56,602 nucleotides of DNA, from the IMG/VR virus record IMGVR_UViG_3300045988_059190; one strand, given 5' to 3'. This document shows, piece by piece, positions 51,730 to 56,602 of the stretch; position 1 is the stretch's first letter; each line of letters begins with the position of its first letter. The translations under genes and the position numbers were made by a program. This DNA comes from a virus. Below the pieces are notes generated by a model, which made no database searches, was not told the DNA's origin, and saw nothing but the letters and a program-made list of their open reading frames with translations.

Positions 51730-52647
51730 ATGCAGAAATTGGAATTGACCATAAATCAGACTATGGGAGTTATCACTGGAAACTTTGAAGACATAAAGAA
51801 ATCTCTTGAAACAGAGATGGCAGTGTATGAGACAAAGCAGTTTGCAGAAGAGGACAAGCAGAAAGCCAAAGGTGATTTGGCAGACCTCAGAAAGCTGAGA
51901 AAGGCAGTGAACGACCGCAAGGTTGAAGTGAAGAAAGATTACATGAAGCCTTATGAAGTGTTCGAGGGCAAGGTGAAAGAACTGATCGGAGTGATTGATA
52001 AGCCTATCGCACTGATTGACGGACAGGTGAAAGAGTTTGAAGCGAAGCGTGTGGAAGAGAAAAAAGCAGAAATCCAGAACCTGTACAACGAATTGGTGGA
52101 AGAAGAACTGCATGACTACATGCCGTTGGAAAAAATCTACGGTGAGAAGTGGACAAATGCATCCACCACAATGAAAACTATCCGGGAAGAGATAAACTCA
52201 AAGGTTATGCAGACCAGACAGGATATTGCAACCATTAAGGCCATGAAGTCTGAAAAAGAGGAACAGGCGTTGAACCTGTACATGGAGAACAACAACCTTG
52301 CTCTTGCTATCCAGATGATTAACCGCTACGAACAGGAAAAAGCGGAAATCTTACGGAGAAAAGAGAAAGAGGAACAGGAAAGACGTGATCGTGAACTCGA
52401 AAGAGAACGTGAGCGTGTAAGAGAAGAAGAACGTGCCAGAATCCGTGAAGAGGAAAGACTTAAGGCAGAAGCAGAACAGAAAGCCATCGACCAGATCAAG
52501 GCGGTGGACGAAGTGAAAGCAGCGGAACTTACCACGGAAGATTCGAAGACAGTAGTATTTACGGTTAAGGCTACGGATGCCGAACTGGAAGAAATTGAGA
52601 TGGCATTAACTTCTCTCGGTGTCTACTTTGAAAGGAAAGATGTGTAA
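51730..52647 (+). CDS. DUF1351 protein (recombination-module partner)
   Basis: ITGNFEDIKKSLE..AKGDLADLRKLRKAVNDRKVEVKKDYMKPYEVFEGKVKEL, plus an E/R-rich coiled coil. Lies upstream of ERF, as is typical. Confidence 0.75.
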   Translation: MQKLELTINQTMGVITGNFEDIKKSLETEMAVYETKQFAEEDKQKAKGDLADLRKLRKAVNDRKVEVKKDYMKPYEVFEGKVKELIGVIDKPIALIDGQVKEFEAKRVEEKKAEIQNLYNELVEEELHDYMPLEKIYGEKWTNASTTMKTIREEINSKVMQTRQDIATIKAMKSEKEEQALNLYMENNNLALAIQMINRYEQEKAEILRRKEKEEQERRDRELERERERVREEERARIREEERLKAEAEQKAIDQIKAVDEVKAAELTTEDSKTVVFTVKATDAELEEIEMALTSLGVYFERKDV

Positions 52648-53309
52648 TGGCAGAAGAGAAGAAAGAACAGGGCAAGCGAGAACTCGACATCGAAGAAAAG
52701 CTTTCAGAAATCCAAACAAAAATGAATGTCCCGAAAGACAAATATAATGATTTTGGCAATTACGCTTACAGAAGCGCAGAAAGCATCTTGGAAGAGTTCA
52801 AAAAATATAGCAGAGAATACAACGTACTGTTGACCATACATGACGAGATAACGGAGATAGCCGGAAGAGTGTATGTAAAAGCTGTTGCGGTATTTACAGA
52901 TTGCAAAACAGGTAAAAGAATCTCTGTTCCTGGATATGCAAGGGAGCCAGAGACAAAACCAAAGATGGATGAATCACAAGTGACGGGATCAGCATCAAGC
53001 TATGCGAGAAAATACGCAATGAACGCACTGTTTCTTCTGGATGATGTAAAGGATCCTGACACGAACGAATACGCAAAGCAGACGGGAGCCGATAAAAAGA
53101 GCGGTGGAAAGAAAGAACAGAAAGCCAATGACGGAAAGATTACACAAGGGCAGATAAAAGAGCTTCGGAAGATATTTGAAAAAAACAAAATTGATGAAGT
53201 AAAGGCTATAGCCGGATACAAAGTACAGAAGATTGAAGAACTGACACAACAACAGTACGGATGGTTCCGGGATAATCAGGAAGAAGCCAGAAAGATGTTT
53301 GGTGCGTAA
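52647..53309 (+). CDS. erf: ERF-family single-strand annealing protein
   Basis: FGNYAYRSAESILEEFK..YVKAVAVFTD..GYAREPETKPKMDESQVTGSASSYARKYAMNALFLLDDVKDPD. Confidence 0.9.
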   Translation: MAEEKKEQGKRELDIEEKLSEIQTKMNVPKDKYNDFGNYAYRSAESILEEFKKYSREYNVLLTIHDEITEIAGRVYVKAVAVFTDCKTGKRISVPGYAREPETKPKMDESQVTGSASSYARKYAMNALFLLDDVKDPDTNEYAKQTGADKKSGGKKEQKANDGKITQGQIKELRKIFEKNKIDEVKAIAGYKVQKIEELTQQQYGWFRDNQEEARKMFGA

Positions 53310-53870
53310 ATGGACTATACAGGGACTTTTGATAGCTTAGCGGTGGATTTTGCCACCAACAAGCAAAAAGCCAGTCTGACGCTAAATGAAGACGCAAGAC
53401 AGGCATTTGAGAACCTTAGAGGTAAGCAGATTACAATAACGATTAAGGCATACAAGAAAAAAAGAAGTCTCGATGCAAACTCTTACTTTCATGTACTGGT
53501 TGGAAAGATTGCAGATGCGACCGGGAACAGCAAGGTGTACATAAAGAATAAGTTAATAGCGGAATACGGACAGTATGAAACCATTAACGGTGCATTAGTT
53601 CCGCTCCCGTTGGACGATGATATAGATGCATACAATGTGGAATTTGTTCATCTACAACCTACATCGAGGACAACCACCAATCAGAAAGGGAAAGTATTCC
53701 GGGTGAATCTGGTAATGCGAGGTTCACATACTTACGATACCGATGAAATGTCAAAACTGATTGACGGGACTGTGTACGAAGCAAAAGAACTTGGTATAGA
53801 GACTATGACACCGAACCAAATTAACGAAATGAAAGAAAGATGGGGTGTGAAGATTGGCAAAAAGACTTAA
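53310..53870 (+). CDS. hypothetical protein, possible NinB/Orf-like recombination mediator
   Basis: KKKRSLDANSYFHVLVGKIA parallels the NinB RSLDQN..W..LG motif. The match is weak. Confidence 0.5.
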   Translation: MDYTGTFDSLAVDFATNKQKASLTLNEDARQAFENLRGKQITITIKAYKKKRSLDANSYFHVLVGKIADATGNSKVYIKNKLIAEYGQYETINGALVPLPLDDDIDAYNVEFVHLQPTSRTTTNQKGKVFRVNLVMRGSHTYDTDEMSKLIDGTVYEAKELGIETMTPNQINEMKERWGVKIGKKT

Positions 53871-54150
53871 GAGTGTATTCACTGACGATATGGATCACTG
53901 TTACTTTACAGGAAGCCCAAACTGTCACAGACATCATATTTTCTATGGGGCATATAGAAAAAAATCGGAAGAATATGGATTCGTGATTCCTCTTGCACCA
54001 CAATTGCATGAATTTATGCCAATGAGCGTACATGGGAACCCGAATAAGGGATTAGACCTAACGCTTAAGCAGATGGCTCAGACATACTTCGAGGAACATT
54101 ATGGAACAAGAGAAGAGTTCATACAGATCTTCGGAAAAAACAGGTTGTAA
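53854..54150 (+). CDS. small His/Cys-motif protein (HNH-like?)
   Basis: CYFTGSPNCHRHHIFYG..SVHGNP..FIQIFGKN. TTG start. Function uncertain. Confidence 0.45.
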   Translation: MAKRLKSVFTDDMDHCYFTGSPNCHRHHIFYGAYRKKSEEYGFVIPLAPQLHEFMPMSVHGNPNKGLDLTLKQMAQTYFEEHYGTREEFIQIFGKNRL

Positions 54151-54288
54151 CAAATTAACATAGATTCAAGTGGCACAGGGAACTATTAACAGGTTCTAAC
54201 GCATATCATCTCAGCCATTCGATATGCATAGCACAAGATATTGTATCACGGCCGGAGGAGCCACACTCCGGCAGAAAGGAGAAAAGCG

Positions 54289-54651
54289 GTGGGAAAGAAT
54301 AATAGAGAGATAGCAGAGAGTTATTTCGCCCGAATATCAGACGGACATAGGAATGCAATACAACGTCCAGCAGACCCAAATGTAGATAGAATTTTGCGAA
54401 GAATGATAGAAAAAGCAAACTGTGATGGCGATTGCATTGTAAATACAGGAAAAGGGATATTCAGACCAATACCGAGTGACCCAATAGACACAAGTATGTA
54501 TCATGAATATGTCAATAAAGACTTATCAAGGGCGAGGGCGACACTTAAAAAAAGAAAATGTATGTCACAGACATTCGAAAGTTGGAAAGATGCGGGGGAA
54601 TACAATGCATTACATACTAATCATAAAGGGCAGACTGAACAACATGAATGA
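54289..54651 (+). CDS. hypothetical protein
   Basis: GTG follows GAAAGGAG. The track ORF starts at TTG 54241. Confidence 0.5.
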   Translation: MGKNNREIAESYFARISDGHRNAIQRPADPNVDRILRRMIEKANCDGDCIVNTGKGIFRPIPSDPIDTSMYHEYVNKDLSRARATLKKRKCMSQTFESWKDAGEYNALHTNHKGQTEQHE

Positions 54652-54976
54652 TTATATTCGTGCACTTAATGCCAGTAGATATAAGGGTGCGAAAATGAAA
54701 AAAAATGATGAATCTCGTGTAAAACAAGCCATATATGAGCAATTCGGAAGATTACGAATAACCAGAAAGGTGCGGATACACTATCGGTGGTATGAGCCTA
54801 CAAAGAAACGGGATATGGATAATGTAAGCGCATTCGGGAGAAAATGCATCCAGGATGCACTGGTAGATACCAAAGTCTTACAGGACGATGGATGGAAAAA
54901 CATAGTGGGATTCACGGATGAATTCTATGTTGATAAGAAAAATCCGAGAATTGAGGTGGATATTGAAGAGGTGTGA
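54605..54976 (+). CDS. rusA: RusA-like Holliday junction resolvase
   Basis: LIIKGRLNNMNDY..KKRDMDNVSAFGRKCIQDALVDTKVLQDDGWKNIVGF..RIEVDI. Confidence 0.65.
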   Translation: MHYILIIKGRLNNMNDYIRALNASRYKGAKMKKNDESRVKQAIYEQFGRLRITRKVRIHYRWYEPTKKRDMDNVSAFGRKCIQDALVDTKVLQDDGWKNIVGFTDEFYVDKKNPRIEVDIEEV

Positions 54977-55695
54977 GCGAGAATTACATAAAACTTAGCA
55001 GAAAAATACTGGAATGGGACTGGTATACAGACGTAAATACATGCCATCTGTTCTTGCACATGCTATTAAAAGCGAATTGGAAAGACGCAAGCTATCGTGG
55101 CGAAGAGATAAAAAAAGGATCATTTGTTGCATCGATAGACAAATTGGCAAAAGGAACAGGAATGAGCGAAAGCAAGGTAAAGACAGCATTAAAGCACCTG
55201 GAAAAGACGGGAGAAATCACATGCAAAAGTACCAACCGATATACCGTATACACTGTGAATAACTACGCAAGATACCAGACCGAACAGAAGAATGAAAAAA
55301 AAGATAAGCCGACCAGACAGGAAGAAAAGCCGGAGAAAGACGATGGATCCATTGAAGCTGTCATAAAAGCCTGGAACGATTTGGAAAGCTATGGGATAAA
55401 ACCTGTAAAGAAGATAGAAAAGACTTCCAAAAGATACCAGAACTTGCAAGCAAGATTAGAAAGCAACGGTTTGGATGATGTCTTGAAAGCAGTGGACAAT
55501 GTGAAGAAAAGTAAGTGCTTACAAGGGAAAGTAAAAAACTGGAAGATAACATTCGACTGGTTTGTGTTACCGAACAACTTCACAAAAGTGTCTGAGGGAC
55601 AGTACGAGGATAGCGGACAAGAGAAAAAAGGATTTAATAATTTCAATGGCCGGAACTATGACATGAATGATTTAGAGAGAAAGCTTATCACATAG
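54973..55695 (+). CDS. replication protein (wHTH replisome organiser, conserved phage C-terminus)
   Basis: YIKLSRKILEWDWY..HLFLHMLLKANW..SIDKLAKGTGMSESKVKTALKHLEKTGEI. C-terminal region is ..WNDL..KSKCLQGK..NWKITFDWFVLPNNF. Confidence 0.7.
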   Translation: MSENYIKLSRKILEWDWYTDVNTCHLFLHMLLKANWKDASYRGEEIKKGSFVASIDKLAKGTGMSESKVKTALKHLEKTGEITCKSTNRYTVYTVNNYARYQTEQKNEKKDKPTRQEEKPEKDDGSIEAVIKAWNDLESYGIKPVKKIEKTSKRYQNLQARLESNGLDDVLKAVDNVKKSKCLQGKVKNWKITFDWFVLPNNFTKVSEGQYEDSGQEKKGFNNFNGRNYDMNDLERKLIT

Positions 55696-55706
55696 GAGGA
55701 ATAAAC

Positions 55707-55859
55707 ATGGCAACACCGGATGGATGCACTTATCCAAACTGTTTTATCTGCCCTTTGGAGGACTGTAGTTGGGAGAGTGCTAAAGCTGAATTACCAGGAG
55801 AAACAAAGAAAAAGCGGAGAATAGTAAGACGTAGCAAAAAGAATGATGTTCGGAGGTGA
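55707..55859 (+). CDS. small Cys-containing basic protein (50 aa)
   Basis: RBS is AGGAGGAA. CTYPNCFICPLEDC, then a basic tail. Confidence 0.4.
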   Translation: MATPDGCTYPNCFICPLEDCSWESAKAELPGETKKKRRIVRRSKKNDVRR

Positions 55860-55969
55860 CTTTGTGACAAGACAGGAACTGGAAGACAAAGAGCAAGAGG
55901 AATATCTTGCAGAGTGGTTAAGAAAAAAGAAAGAGAAAAAGAAGAAATTTAATTTTAGGAGGAACAAAA

Positions 55970-56602
55970 GTGGGAGAAGTAATAAAAGCTTATAAAGGAT
56001 TCAACAAAGACATGACTTGCAGAGGTTTCCGGTATGAAGAGGGGAAAGAATACGAAGAAGAAAGAGCCGGAGCGTGCAACTGTGGATTCCATGCATGCGA
56101 GCATCCGTTAGATTGCCTTGGATATTATGCTCCGGCACACAGTGTATATCACGAAGTCGAACAGAGTGGAGAGATATCGAAAAAATCTGATGATACGAAA
56201 GTAGCATCTACGAAGATTGGAGCAAGAGTGAGCATTGCCGGATTGGTACAGGCTGCTATCGAATATACGAAAGAAAGAGTTAAGCCAGAAGCAGAAGCTA
56301 ATGAGGACTGCGGAGCATCATCAGCGACAGGAGACTACGGAGCATCATCAGCGACAGGATACAAAGGAGCATCATCAGCGACAGGAGACTACGGAGCATC
56401 ATCAGCGACAGGAAACTGCGGAGCATCATCAGCGACAGGATACAAAGGAGCATCATCAGCGACAGGAGACTACGGAGCATCATCAGCGACAGGAAACTGC
56501 GGAGCATCATCAGCGACAGGATACAAAGGAGCATCATCAGCGACAGGAGACTACGGAGCATCATCAGCGACAGGAAACTGCGGAGCATCATCAGCGACAG
56601 GA
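55970..56602 (+). CDS. N-terminal part of tandem-repeat protein (DUF7666-like head); 3' end leaves window
   Basis: GTG follows AGGAGGAA. KAYKGFNKDMTCRGFRYEEGKEYEE..CNCGFHACEHPLDCLGYY, then GASSATG(DY/YK/NC) repeats with no stop before 56602. Confidence 0.8.
   Translation, partial: MGEVIKAYKGFNKDMTCRGFRYEEGKEYEEERAGACNCGFHACEHPLDCLGYYAPAHSVYHEVEQSGEISKKSDDTKVASTKIGARVSIAGLVQAAIEYTKERVKPEAEANEDCGASSATGDYGASSATGYKGASSATGDYGASSATGNCGASSATGYKGASSATGDYGASSATGNCGASSATGYKGASSATGDYGASSATGNCGASSATG
56312..56602 (+). repeat. Tandem 27-nt coding repeat (about 11 units), continuation of 2..217
   Basis: Same 21-nt core. The order of the 6-nt spacers gives an 81-nt super-period. Positions 56500-56602 are identical to 1-103. 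Confidence 0.95.

Noticed and set aside
56298-56591. 97-aa minus-strand ORF (MMLRSFLSLMM...) and its counterpart at 160..372
   Set aside because: Both are simply the antisense reading of the 27-nt tandem repeat. They have no RBS, and the + strand frame connects a recognisable N-terminal domain to a unique C-terminus.
1-56602. Prophage boundaries / host flanking genes / att direct repeats
   Set aside because: Every gene is phage-like, and the two window ends join in frame within one gene. The only terminal identity is the internal tandem repeat, so this is a complete phage contig rather than an integrated element.

Overview
The window reads as one complete, circularly permuted genome of a temperate siphovirus-type phage of a low-GC Firmicute. 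Supporting signs are AGGAGG-type RBSs, tightly packed genes that mostly run in the same direction, and no host flanks. The first 103 nt are identical to the last 103 nt, and a tandem-repeat gene (55970..56602 plus 2..469) runs in phase across that junction. Gene order on the + strand: (1) early/accessory genes, including a PP-loop ATPase / C5 DNA methyltransferase / radical-SAM trio at 3.1-6.3 kb; (2) a large serine recombinase at 9.7-11.1 kb; (3) terminase small and large subunits and portal at 13.8-16.9 kb; (4) a displaced collagen-like fibre + holin cassette at 16.9-19.6 kb; (5) a MuF/gp7-like head morphogenesis protein; (6) about 3.2 kb of accessory genes, including DUF2829/Tad2-like and DUF1653 proteins; (7) a terminator-bounded 7-gene orphan cassette of odd composition at 24.2-27.3 kb; (8) a ~550-nt ORF-free, highly structured RNA candidate ending in a tRNA-like fold at 27.3-27.9 kb; (9) scaffold, capsid, connector, tail, tape measure, baseplate and tail fibre genes at 27.9-43.5 kb, with a gene-remnant patch at 42.4-42.9 kb; (10) a GH25 endolysin; (11) a mixed-strand immunity region with two XRE-type repressors at 45-49.3 kb; (12) an iteron-rich origin-like region at 50.4-50.9 kb; (13) a recombination/replication module (DUF1351, ERF, RusA-like, replisome organiser). 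No rRNA, CRISPR array or transposase was seen. All functional calls come from motif and architecture recognition by eye. No database search or folding program was run.
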